A stretch of DNA of 64,000 nucleotides from Bugula neritina (Eukaryota > Animalia > Bryozoa), in the NCBI GenBank assembly GCA_964035545.1, contig OZ037771.1, positions 11,970,480 to 12,034,479 on the forward strand, written 5' to 3'. Shown piece by piece: positions 1-14,267 of the stretch. Below the pieces are notes generated by a model. The model was not told the DNA's origin, did no database searches, and was given only the letters and a program-made list of their open reading frames with translations. How positions within the stretch are numbered: position 1 is the stretch's first letter; each line of letters opens with the position of its first letter. Position numbers and translations under genes: made by a program.

Positions 1-128
1 AAAGAGCTTCTAACAGTTTAAGTAGAAATTCAAGCATCTTGTGGGTTTAAAACCTGCAAATATAAATAACATATTTGGTTGTCTAAAAATACCACTATAT
101 ATAAATTAATTATAATATTAATTATAGA

Positions 129-132
<4 letters not shown>

Positions 133-199
<67 letters not shown>
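133..199. repeat. (TA)n microsatellite
   Basis: Pure TA run. Similar runs at about 1475-1553, 1675-1749, 4470-4608, 30880-30960, 58738-58800, 59221-59352, 60868-60958 and 63583-63682. Confidence 0.98.
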
Positions 200-202
<3 letters not shown>

Positions 203-207
203 CAATC

Positions 208-250
208 TGTGGACAGCAGCTGTTTCGGGGTTTGTCCCCTCATCAGCACA
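208..250 (-). ncRNA. Minimal type I hammerhead ribozyme
   Basis: Minus strand reads tgtg-CTGATGA-gggg-acaaa-cccc-GAAA-cagctgct-GTC-caca: full catalytic core, stems I, II and III, GUC cleavage triplet. Confidence 0.85.
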
Positions 251-1487
251 TATATATATATTATATAATGCTTTATTTAAAAGTACAGCATTTATAACTG
301 CACAGTTGAAACAAAAAGTTGTAGAAAAAGTGATACTAAATTACTCATTAAATAAACACATGTAATTTATCCAAGTTTACATCAATTTGTAATTATTTTA
401 AGCACTATTCAAAGACAATATATTAATAAAACCCCATTATATAATTAAATCTTACTTTTAAAATTTTAAAATTTAAAGACTATATGCATGTTTAACTTTG
501 TTATTAATTTGTTATTTACCATGGAAACATGAAGACAACTTAGCAGCTTCAACACTTTATTATAAATTAATGAATAATTAGGTAACGTATAGACTCACCT
601 CTGTATGGAGCTGAAAATGTGTATATTTTAGAAAGCTTCTACCTGTCTCAGGACTATGTGATTGCCTCTGCACAGCCAGTTGTAGTGGCTTGTGATTGAA
701 AACCTGATCGCTTTTATACTTAACTCTTATCTCACTTCAACCAATCAACATTGACGCACGACCTTGTTCGATTCTAAATTTAGTTTCTTGCTCCTCCAAC
801 AGGATCTTTGACTCAGATCAAGTTTTCCAAAAAAGTTTGCTCTTAGAATATGTAAAAACTTTATTTGCTGCTATTTCGTAGGTTTTATGTTATCCTGTGG
901 AACTGAATATGTATTTGCCAGTTCATGTTTGTATTAAACTATCTGCTATCATAACAATACAATACCTTTCATTACACAGTTTTATAAAGACAGGTGATGC
1001 ACAGAATATAAGAATCTGATATTTTGTTATGCAGTTTGATATCATTATATATAAACAAAGCAATTTGTATTGTATGTCATCCAAGCAACGCCTTGAGTAG
1101 TGGGATGGCTTGTCTAAGGTATATTTTCAGACGTACAATTTTTAGAAAGTGAACCCAATGCTTATGGAATTGATTTATGAAATAAACTGTTACACTGTTT
1201 ATAACAAAACTTGTACAAATATTTTTAGAAGCATGCATTTTGCATTTGCACTTGCAGGATTTTGTTAAGGTATTATAATAGTGAGTACTGCACTGTACAC
1301 ACTGCTAGTTGGCTGTGTCTTACATGGTCTATTCTAGCTCGACATCAACTCTGTGAATGAAATTGATTTATTAGTCGGAATTTGATGTAAAGGAGGGCAT
1401 AAATTGTGTCTGATAAGAGAAACAGGTCTTTCTAGCCTTGATGAATGACACCTTTTAAGAAAGAGAGAGGAAACTATATATATATTA

Positions 1488-1552
<65 letters not shown>

Positions 1553-1555
<3 letters not shown>

Positions 1556-1673
1556 TAATGAACGATAAAATTTGACTTAAAACACTTTATTACTACTAGT
1601 TTCATGTACATTGAATATGCACAGTCTTCAGATAAAATGTTCAGGTTTAGTATAACAAGAATAAAAACACATG

Positions 1674-1753
<80 letters not shown>

Positions 1754-2630
1754 GTTATAAAGCCAATGGATTAAAATTTATAGCTGGAGATTGAAAGATT
1801 AAAATGTCAAGTCACATTCTCTAGGAGGAGCTTTCTAGCGTGCCTGCATGTTGTTACAATCTCATTGCGGCTGTTAAGTGAGGATAGATGCGGCTTGCAA
1901 ACTATGAAGTACTTTTCTAGCAGGCACAGCTTGCAGAGTGGTGATTGCTTGTTGCATGGTTGCGCTCTGGCTAAAATCTTCCACTTTATCTCATAGGCTA
2001 TGTTGTTGGCTTTTAATTTCCATATATGTTTACTCAGCTCAGTGGAGTTTTGTCTATTGATGTTCTTGAAGCTGGCTGTGTGGTCATTGTACTGATACTT
2101 AAACTGGTTCTGGGTCAGTCCCACATATGTTTCTACCGCCGTGTTGTTGTTGTTTGTGACTGTCGCTTGATAAACGACAGCCTCAGTACAGCATTGGCCA
2201 CTCATTGAGCAATTACCTTTAATTTTGCAGTTGCAAGGCTTGGTGTGGCGTACATGTTCCTGTGAGTTCAATGCTTTCTTGTTGTGGCCATTTATAATAG
2301 CTGCTATATTGGGCATGCAGCTATATGACAGTTTTAATGTTTTGCTATTAAAAAATTTGTGTAGTTCATGCATGGTTTGGAGGGAACTCCTCGCTGATGA
2401 TTTTGAGGAATTCTTTGCCGATGTTATTAGTTACATTTTTACTAAAAAGAGGGTTGAACCATGTTGCCTTCTTTCTGCGATTTGGTTTATTTGTGACTTC
2501 TGTGGGTGTGTGAAAGTTTAGCTTATGATTGTATCCACTTTTAATGAGTGCTTGTTGATAGATTGCTGTATTGCTGTTGAATGTGGTGGAGCTGGATGAG
2601 ATGGATGAGAGTCGTCTATTTCCATAAGGC
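1553..2630 (-). mobile_element. 5'-truncated Penelope-like element (end of RT plus GIY-YIG endonuclease)
   Basis: ORF 1807-2373 has VVYQATV...YVGLT, STELSKHIW and CKLCLLEK. A frameshifted upstream part reads WFNPLFSKNV and is homologous to ORF 59584-60860. Confidence 0.9.
1590..1635 (-). ncRNA. Hammerhead ribozyme in Penelope-like 3' tail
   Basis: ttat-CTGAAGA-c-tgtgcat-attca-atgtaca-t-GAA-ACTAGT-A-gtaa: 7-bp stem II, palindromic stem III, GUA triplet. Confidence 0.7.
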
Positions 2631-3811
2631 AGATATAAGCAAGTTTATGATTTGATATTCTAGATTCTATAGTACTATATAGTTTTTTAGATATAACTAT
2701 TACCAAACCTTATTACAAATGTAGAAGCTTTTTACAAAAAGGTGTGATTGCCTGCTCTATATAGCCTCTATTTGCAGTCTTTAGTTTTAGAAATGCAGTT
2801 TTAGGAAATTGTATCAATGTAATTATTAAAGCATTGCATCGTAACATATTTATGATATTTTTCCTACTGGTACACCAGGTATATCATGATGTTCTTAATA
2901 TATTACCTTTTTATCAAATATTTCTGAGTTTCAAAGTTTAACTCTCAAGTGATAAAAGTTAGTCATAAATGTTTAGGAAAGTTCCAAGATTGTCTAGAGT
3001 ATTTTCCAACCCTCAGTCTGCAACGTCTTTTAGTATACAGCTACACCTGATAATGGAATTTTTGTTGTCATATCAAATTTTCTGGAAATGTTTTCAATTA
3101 TCGTAGGAGAAATTAATTTTCTACTATACTTTGTACTTTGTCAATGTGCCATCTTATCTGAGTACTACTATTTGCTCTCACAGCAACCTGTACTAATTTT
3201 ATCATTCAAAATCATCTAAAAGCAGTTTCACTCTATAGCCATTTAAAAGTGATTTCAATATCTTAAGTAGTTTTACGTGAGAGTTGAGACTGTAATATAA
3301 TATGCATAGAATTACTATGGCTAAATGGACACCACCTTGATGCTCTCATGCATATAACACTAAAAAACTCACCCAAGTTTATAGTCGCCATCCCTGTATA
3401 CATGGAAGTTCACCATTAGGTTTCCAAAGCATAAACCAAACTTGTGCAATTACCATAAAAGTAATTAAAAAAATGACTTAAATTATGCTGCAAATTTATA
3501 CATTATTCAATAGAATTTAGGTAAGGTTAAGTTTAGTTTTGTGTAGCTTCAAATTGCACTAGCTGGGCTTTGTTTCAAAGAGCATTTTTAAATGCGCATT
3601 AACAAAGCAACTATGTGTTATATTAAACAGTGGTAGTTATAGCTTTCAACTTTTCAAAAGATGTTATTTTTCCAAAGTAGAATCTTAAGAATGCTCAGTT
3701 AGAAAACTTCATTTCTACATTTGTAGAAATTTTTGTTGGATTTTACTAGATTGCGCTGCAATTGTAGATACTTTTATATGTTCATCAAACTCTTGCAAAG
3801 TCTAACTCGTT

Positions 3812-5290
<1,479 letters not shown>

Positions 5291-5899
5291 CCCAAACTAG
5301 TAGTAAGAGAAACTACTGCTAAAGCTGTCTCACTTTATCTGCACTGTTTCTATCAGCATCAAATTCACGGTACTCTTTTGTTATTCCATATTCAACATAT
5401 AATTTTCTTTGGAAAGTCTTTAGAATACATAGACTTTTAATTTGACTTTAACCGATCACATATCTGCATTATAGTTGATTTTACTAACCTTTTATATAGC
5501 TATCTGCTATTCACTTGCCGCAATGTGCAGCTATAAAAGTAGCCTAAGGTGTGACAACTACCAAATAGCATGTTGTGCACACAACTCTCAATAGGCTATT
5601 CATGCTTACATGCAATAATTTATCTGTTGTACAAGCAATTATATATGCTTTATAATATTAGTTAACAAGCTTATTCGCAAATTCCTTCTAATCTTTGTAC
5701 ATGTAAAACAAATATAAGTTATAGAAATAAGCTAAAGAGTTAATATAGTGCACCACATTTCAGGTTTTTTCTAGATGAAAAAAAATTTAAAAACATGTTT
5801 ATTTTTATGAAAATCTTTCATATACATAACATGCAGTAAGACTGAGATCTTAGAAACAATTTTAACTGTGTGAATGCTTTTGAATTATTAAAACCAATA

Positions 5900-6010
5900 A
5901 ATTTACCACCAAATTTAACTTTGGCATCTTTACTCTCACATAAATTGGGTTGAATTTAACCCAATTTATATAAAAGTAAATATGTCAAAGTTAAATTTGA
6001 CTGTAAATTT
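5900..6010. repeat. Imperfect inverted repeat (decayed MITE-like hairpin)
   Basis: caaatttaactttggcat...taaattgggtt pairs with aacccaattta...atgtcaaagttaaatttg. Confidence 0.6.
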
Positions 6011-6814
6011 TTAATTATCGAAACAAATTTTATAAATTTATCATGCACTTATATTTTTGAGCAGGCATTATATTAATATAGTGTAAATAAAAGTTTAAGG
6101 CTTGATGGGAAAACACAGCAGCTCTTTAGTTGAAAATAGTCATACTCTAACTGGTCATTAAAGTCCACTATTTATTACGTAGATGTATAATAACGGTTTA
6201 TTTTGAATTTAGATTTTGTTAAATATCTGCATTGAAGATGTGCATGCAGCATAGCCACTAAATAAAGAGAAAATAAGAAGCAATGTTAAATAAATTAAGA
6301 CAAAAGAATAGAAATATTTTTTTCAGCAATAGACAAGTTAAAACACATTTGCCTTTGGGTGGGACATAAAGCAATAAGTGATATATACTGGTCTAATTTA
6401 ATTGATTTGGTCATGTGATATATCAGAATTATGATACATGATTTTACACTTTTAAAGATTTTCATTGAACGATTTAGTTATTTTTTAGATAAGAAAGGGA
6501 CAAACAAGATTATTGTATTTTTTATAAATGGCAAAATATTAGATAAGGATTATTTAAATTTATATAAAATGAAGACATATTAAATATTATACTGCATATA
6601 CTAATATATGACAGAGATATAGCATGATTTTATAGTAGGTTATATGCTAATCTCTGTGATCATCACATCTCGGAGAACTCAAGGGAAAAAAATGCATGCA
6701 GTTGGTAGAAGAAGAAAAAGTGCCAGCGGTTAAAAAACATTTTTATAAACAATAAAACAATCAAAAAATCAAAATGTTTGTAAACAGCAAATTATAGATT
6801 GTAATAAGTTGAAT

Positions 6815-7010
6815 TATAGTCGCTATCCTTAATGTGAGAACCCCTGATGGAGAGCTTTTTTAACCAGCTAAGGACTTTTTTCATGTGGAACAGGAGCTAT
6901 TATATGATTGGGTGCTCTTCTTAACATTGCCATCAGTTTTTAAACTCAAACCCCAGACTTTGTGTATTATTAGGCTGCAGCACTCTACAACCGCTACATC
7001 ATGGCTGCTC
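6815..7010 (-). mobile_element. tRNA-derived SINE copy (decayed)
   Basis: Colinear similarity to 40241-40480 and 11058-11670 (ttatagtcgctat, tgtgagaa(a)cccctgatg, gctaaggactt, catggctgctc). Confidence 0.7.
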
Positions 7011-7144
7011 TTTAATATGATCATTCTGACAACAATCGAACATTACATTAGAGATTGTAGTAGGTAATAAAAAGTATTGGAAACATATATTTATTGTAGT
7101 TTGAAAATTGGTGTCTGGAGTGGGTTTAGTTGTTCACAGGCTGA

Positions 7145-10100
7145 TTAAAGTTTAGTTTCTTCACCAACACCAGAGTCTCTGACTGCATCTTTCAGGTTCA
7201 CCTGAGCACCAGGAGCCGGTTCTTCATAGGCGAAGGGTTTCAGATTTCTGACAAAGCCGATGTTGTCCAGCTCAATCTCCTGAAGAGCTTGCTGCAAGAC
7301 TATTGCCTGGTATATTGACTGCTCATTGGTATGCTTTCTAATGCTTTCTCCTATCAGCATCCCAATTGGATAGAGACGATCTGTTTTGACATCAATGACA
7401 CATACAATGCTGCCGCTATCACCTTTTATCAGTTTGCTACAATGATGCGATCATCATATAAATTTATTAGTATACACAAACTTAAGCGTGTTTGCAAAGT
7501 ATATGATTTAGAAATATGTTGACAGCAAACAAAGTGATCAAAGTTTCATTTTTTTGTTTCTGGTGATGTTGACAAACTTTAGAGTGCATAATCCTCATCA
7601 CTTTTTAGTGTCGTTTAATTTTTACTGCAACATTCTTGACAAAAAATTTTAATTTTATAGAAAAAAATTTTCAATCTATTCCAATCTCATCTAATTTTTT
7701 TACCAGAAATATTAAATAAATATAAATGATCTAATAAATGTGATATGCTGGGACTAGAATAATTATGTCTAACACTCACACGCCATGTTCTAAAACAAAC
7801 TGTATGTGGTGCAAAACCATTCTCTTTCCTTGATCAAAAGTCATGTCTTCCCTCCTCAAATCATCTTGTACCATGTGACCATCAGCACCTTTGACCTTAA
7901 CACAGACTCTGCGTCTACTCATCTGCTTCAAATCTTCAGTAGAGCAAGGAAAGATCATGCTTGCTTTTAAACCAGGCTTCGTTGATCCGTCACAAGCTGT
8001 ATTCATTTGTTCAAACAGCTTCAGGTTTTTAAGATCAATCAAGTGGCGGTATTGTATTGGGAACAAAACAATATCATTTAAAAAATTTTTACAATCATTT
8101 TCAGATGCTTTTTCATCTTTGTAATGACGATAAATTAACAGCGATGAGTTCATGAGTAGATCTATGCTTTTACTTGTTTGTTTTGCATCAATAGCATATC
8201 GCATTTTGCGAGTGGTTCCAGCGACAATATCTCTCATGTGTTCCAAAGCATCAGATGGCGCATCTGCTTTCAACAGCTCTTCACACTGACTTTCTTCAAG
8301 CACCAAGTGGGCAGGAGTCAATGCAAAGTGTCCCAAATATGGTGACTCTGTATCTTCAACATTTCCTGTTAGCACCAACTCACAAGTTGCAAATCCTGTT
8401 GTCTCTAACTTTGACATTCTAAACAGCTTTTTTATAACTTTGGCATTTGTTCCTGGATTTGACAGATGTTTGATGTGTGAGGACCCCTCCAGGCGCTGTG
8501 TTATTATTTTAAACTCTTGGTAATTTTGGTTGCTTTTGAGGATTGATCGAAGCAGATCTTGTAGGGTGTCAGATATTCCCTCCCCGACTACGAGCAATTC
8601 TTTATGATCATCGGGTGACGCGTAAAGCTCCAATGATGTCACGCCATCTTCGAGGCATTTGCTGAAATATTTAAAAAATAAATTATATACAGTCATGTTA
8701 CACAAGGTAAGTTATAATATTATTTAATTTTACTATCAATATTTATAGTATAAATACTGCTGCTTCTTGCTGATTCTTGGGTCATAAGTATCTCAAAATG
8801 AGTAATGATTTAAAATGAAACAAAAATATTATTTTTGCAGATAAATTTTGAAACCAGTTTTATATGATTTTACTTTGTCAATGGCCATTTGATTTTATGA
8901 TAAAAAATTTTGTTGTTTTATAATTTTTTATGTTTTTGTTTAATAAATTTTATACTGTAATGATTATTTAGTTGAATTTACATTAAAGTATAGCATCTTA
9001 AATATTTTTAAAAGATTTTTGATGCAACTGAGATTGGCACATATATACGATATATTGTGGTATTCTGTAGAGTTATTCTCCCATTATATATTATTTATCC
9101 CATTGTTTGTACGTCCGTAAATTACAATTATTCGCCCTTTATTTTCTTTTTATTTTTCGCTTTATTCATGTAAATTGGTCGCGATCGAAGTTCGGCTTGT
9201 CGGTCGACCAACTGACCTAATGTCGGTCACCCGGAACTCAAACATTCTGAACTTCAACCGACAATCGGTCGAAGTTTCTCAAACAGCCTTTTGTAACAGC
9301 ATAAAAGGGAGTGAATTGTAAGCTTGTAAGGCAAATTGAGACGGGAAAACATACTAGAAAAAACTACTTTATTACTAATAAATCGTATTTTACGCATATT
9401 ACAAAATACCCTCTTATCTTTTACTACTCACATGTGACGAGTTATGTTCTCTGCCTGATTGCATTCAAAAACCCACAAGTTACTACGATATTTGTTAGTT
9501 GAATCATATTACGAGCAGCTAAAAATTTCTTTATTACTGTCAATTTAGACTATTTAAACTTTGGAAATTACTTTCCCTTTATACACATATTTCACATAAT
9601 TTCCCTGTCATTTGTTATAATGAAATCATTGTGTTTGAAAATAGCATTTATACTAAAGTTAAACTTTAATATACAAAGATTTGTTCATGGTTTTTATGAC
9701 CATGACTTTATACATTAAATATAAAAATTTTGCTCAGAAACCTGATGTTTGCAAAAAGGACTTAACTTTCTTTATAAAATAAATCTTAATAATGGGTTAT
9801 AGAAGCAATACATTTTTGACACCATGTATAAGTGTCACTTCAAAGTTTAAAATACTCACAACAATATACAACACCAATTATAGTTAAGATTTGAAAGTTT
9901 CTAAAAACAGTAACTAAATGCAGTAACAAATTTATATTCAATTCAAGTTGTTAAACAAGGAAAGTTGAAACTATACTTACCTTTCTATTAGGGTAATCAA
10001 TTCACTTGGTATTCTTTCGATGTTTTCAGTTGCAGAAATGACTGACTTTAACAAATAAGTCTCTTCATTTACTTCCTTTTTGAAAAACATTCCATCATTG

Positions 10101-12782
10101 TGTCGAAATGCTACAGAACAGAATTTTAAATCAAAAGGTGGGATTTGAAAAACCTGATGTTTAAATGGCATATTGCATTTAATTCTAGTAAAAGTGCTAT
10201 TCAATTTGATACGGTATGAGACACAACTTCACAAAATATGTTTTTATATAGTACACTTATGGCAAAAAGTATTTATATTTAGAATGTATAATTCATGACT
10301 TCAAAAGTAAATCAAGAAAACACACTATTCATAATGAGCCAAGTTGCTATACTATTATCACCCCATTACATAAGAATATTGCTTACTAAGAAAATTTCTA
10401 CAAAGATGACAGTTCCTTGAGTTTGGGTAAGATTAACAAATCCAGGAAGTCTTTGTCAGGAATGTCAAGCAGCTAAGAACGTCATTGGTAGGGTACTTAT
10501 ATAAATTTCTGGTACTTAAGTGTGTATATATCATATTACTCCGCATATAATGTAGAACATTGATGACTTATTAATATAAGTACCGCATCGTATATATCAA
10601 ACCAAGTTGCGCTTCAAGGTACAACATGCACGTAGCTGGTAGATGATACATTTACTTACACACTTAAAAATACAACTGTACCAATAAGAAAACTGGCTCC
10701 TAAGTTATGCTTACGGCAACCACTTACCAAATATTTCAACTAAAATAACCAGCTTTTCAAAATAAGGAATATCAAAAATATATCATTCTTTAAAGACAGT
10801 TTTGCTGATTTACATGATTTTGTACATTGTGAATGTCTTGTTAAGACTTTCTCACTGCTAAGCCTAGGGCCACACGGTGCGTATTTTTGCATGCGAAAAT
10901 TGAAATCACAAGTAGCAAAGGTGTCCACAGTGGACACCTTTGCTACTTGTGATTTCAATTTTTGCATGCGAAAATACGCGCCGTGTGGCCCTAGGCTAAT
11001 TGTTGACAATAATTGTTCAAATTTAGCATGCACCTATATGTATTTACATTAATTAAGGGAGCAGCCGTGGTCTAAAGGTTATATGATTATATAAAGTGTT
11101 TGCCTTATAGTGTAAGAGTTTTTAGTAATGCATTAAGTTATATCGAAAGGATACTTCTCACTCGGACAGTTACATGATGCAGCCAGCATCATGTCATTAG
11201 AATGGCACCACCATGTTGGCCAATGAGATGTGACTAACAATTAATTAGTAGGTGGAGCTACTAATGTGTAGTGGAAGCTAGTTAGGCAGCGCCGGCAGAG
11301 AGGACTTGATAATGCTAGTGTAAAGTTGTGTACTGATAGCTCTCTATTATGTAACAGTTTGTGTTAGTTGATATACATTTTATTCGGGTGTTATTAGCAG
11401 TAAATAAACTCTTATTAATTAGCAAACCTGGTGAAGTGGCTTTCAATAAATAAACCCATTGATTGCAGTGAAGCATAAATTCACAACAATAGTAAACATG
11501 CACAAAGTCATGCGTTCGAGCCTGACAAAGGCCATTGGTAATGTTAGGAAGCGCATTCCATCATAATTGTTCCTGTGCCCCATCTGAATAAGTCCTTAGC
11601 CCGCTTTAACAAAAACCATTTTCCCTCAGGGGTTTCTCACAGGGATAGCAACTATAAACTTGCGTTAGTTTTATGCATTCATATTATAGCACTATATTTA
11701 TATTATTTTAGCATTATTTATATTCTAACACTAGTCATACATTATACTACTATATTCATATTATAACACTATATGTTCATATTATAGCATTATTTATATT
11801 ATAAAACCAATCATCTTATATATAACACTATATTGCAACACTATTGATATAACACTTTTTATATTATATAGGTAACTATTCATATTTTATAATATATCAA
11901 CTTTTTCAACAGCTACTTGACAGGTAATAAACTTACCAACATCAATATCTTGTTCTTCTTCATCTTCTGCAGTAAGTTTTAGTTTATCATCGCTATATTC
12001 AATAGTTGAAAAACATATAAAATACACAATTTGATAGAATACGCAACCAAATATTATACACTGTAGTACAATATACAACGGATGATATGCACAGTTTAGT
12101 ATTTGTAACTAAGAACAAATACAATACTCAACAAATAGAATTGCATATTCAATGCAACACAATTAATCTGCACTAAAAATATATGTATTATGAATTATAT
12201 ATGTAGTATAATCTACAATAAACTGTAATATCATAATTCATAAAAAGCATACTATTAAACACTTTCAGTATAATAAAATCCTAATATGATACTGACTCAG
12301 GGAGTTGAGCCATAAATTTAGTGCTTGTAACTTTAGCTGCAATAAAAATTTCAATCAGCTGACTAATTTTCAGTACTTGACCTGCATACAAAATCAATCA
12401 TTTTACAAGAATTTAAATTATCATTTAAAGTTGTGTAAAATGTAAGCGGATAAATTCCTTAGTTTTATGTTTATGTAAGTTTAGATTAAGAAACTCAAAA
12501 ACAATGTGCCACATCAACACTTATAGCTTACCATTTCTTTGATTCACCACCTTTAGTGTGTTTGCTTGTTGCATTCAATTCAACTTCAGTGTCCAGATCG
12601 CAAACAACGTTTAATTCATTATTCGAACCAAACGCGCTGTCACAAATGCTTTTTTCCATGTCATTGTTCATTCTATCATCACTTGCCTCATCAGTATCAC
12701 TAAACTTTACACATCTAGCGCAATCATCAGCTTCCTTGTAGTTTTCTTTCTTTAGAATTGTAATATTTTTAGCCTCATCCAT
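7145..12782 (-). CDS. Divergent trypsin-like (PA clan) serine protease, paralogue 1; exons 12782-12532, 11992-11937, 10110-9981, 8661-7780, 7436-7145 (about 536 aa, 5' end uncertain)
   Basis: All introns are GT-AG with compatible phases; 1611 nt open frame. Motifs FALTPAHL (His), NDIVLF (Asp), KGDSGSIV (Ser) and IGMLIG. Homologous to the genes at 19229-29933 and 61006-63857. Confidence 0.75.
9056..9487 (+). mobile_element. Solo LTR (family of element 23062-28337) in intron of protease paralogue 1
   Basis: TGTGGTATT...CAAGTTACTACG is similar to the reverse complement of LTRs 23062-23475 and 27902-28337; ATAT duplication on both sides. Confidence 0.85.
10862..10996. mobile_element. PIF/Harbinger-type (Tourist-like) MITE
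   Basis: 135-bp near-perfect palindrome GCCTAGGGCCACACGG...CCGTGTGGCCCTAGGC flanked by TAA on both sides. Confidence 0.8.
11058..11670 (+). mobile_element. tRNA-derived SINE interrupted by a solo LTR
   Basis: Head gggagcagccgtggtctaaagg (A-box-like) and gttcgagcc (B-box-like) are separated by the insert; the body matches the reverse complement of 40241-40480. Confidence 0.75.
11111..11488 (+). mobile_element. Solo LTR nested in SINE
   Basis: TGTAAG...CACAACA ends, ATAG duplication both sides, AATAAA near the 3' end. Removing it rejoins the SINE head. Confidence 0.7.
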
Positions 12783-13777
12783 GGCAAAAAGTTAGAATAG
12801 TAAAAAAAAATTGTTTTTATAAAAATATATAATATTTTTAGTTAGCTGTAATTTTTAGCTGCTTGTGATCATTATGTAGGCACACCCTAGCTTCTTAAAA
12901 GTGTTAATTCAATTGATTCATGCAATATGTACAGTGATTTAGGCAAAATGCCATCAGGGAAGTAAATGAAATTAGCTTATATTCGTTTGTTGTTAGAAAC
13001 CTTTCAACTGTATATAATTTACCACAGTTAGGCAAACATAAAACTGTGTAGGGCAAAAAAACAATGTATTTGATATATCCTTAGTCTAATGCAAATAATG
13101 AGCTGCTTAAATAGCTAAACAATATAGTGTTTATATACGCAGTGATTGTTGTTTTCTTTTATTCAATTAAATAGAAAAAGTTTTCATTATAGCTATTAAG
13201 CTATCATTCTACTTAACTAGTTGAAAAGTAGAATACATGTTCTAAATTGCATATCTTGTGATTGGCATCACTAAATTCTATAAGGTCTAGGAAACCACAG
13301 CCGGGCCTCGAACTTACTCTTCAAACCTTTTAAAATATAAAGTTGAAACTTGTGGGGTCTGCCTGACACTTGCAACAGCAATTCAACCATGTTGTTTATT
13401 TTACCACATACATAAAGCAGTAGGGCTTTAGAAGGTTAAACAGCCAAAAAGTAGTATGATTTCTTTATTTTAAATATTGTTGGCTTTTAATTAGTTATAT
13501 TATGCATACTTGGTACTTCATAAGAATTTGAAGTTTCAGAGTCTATAGTTCAATATTCATTTACTAATTTATGCATTAAATCACTTTGTTAGACTGCTGT
13601 CTGTGCCCTCTGGTGTGAGAGGAATGCCACACACTTTATTTATTATTATCAATAGAAAGCATCTATTATTATTGCTGAATCGTTATTTTTGCTACAGCTT
13701 ACTACAAAATTCCGAATAAATAAATAATAATAATGTACAGTTTTTCTATAGATTTTTTGGATGATATTGTTGTAAAT

Positions 13778-14267
13778 TGTAAGTTTCACAGTATGTGGGT
13801 TATTGAGGCTATGTGCGATGCAGGTGCTGATGTGAACTATTCAAATCAATGGTCCAAGTGTAGCGAGTATAGATAAAATTTATTGCATGCGAATAATATA
13901 AGAGTGAGAAAACCGGCACAAGATGGAAAGAAACTAAATAATTTATTAGGCTTTAACTCAAGCTACTAAACTAAGACAGCTCTACTCCAAGGAAACGTGG
14001 GGCTGGCGTATGATTGCCTTTTTATATGCGCGCAGCTGTTGTAACACAAAGCGTGATTAGGTGATCATTAGCCAATACAATGAAAAGTAGTGTAGCGTAT
14101 CATTCTGATTTTCCATGTGACTACTGTAGCGTAGTAATGTGTAGCTTTAGAGTTGTGTAGAGCCTTCACCCCTCAACTGCCATTGCTGTTCATGTAGAAT
14201 ATCGTGAGCTGTCCTCATACGCGTAATGAGCTCATCCATGTATCCATAAGAAAGTTCGGGATCTCCA
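13778..14267 (-). mobile_element. Probable LTR abutting the decayed Gypsy element
   Basis: TG...CA ends, with TATAAAA and AATAAA in LTR-like order on the minus strand. No partner LTR or TSD found. Confidence 0.35.

Noticed and set aside
79-297. ORFs rich in IYIY (also 4221-4719, 58638-58928, 60785-61060, 63496-63880 and the N-terminus of 59584-61002)
   Set aside because: Translations of (TA)n microsatellites.
515-720. Minus-strand TATAAAA and donor-like sites suggesting the 5' end of a gene leaving the window
   Set aside because: No coding support; common by chance in AT-rich DNA.
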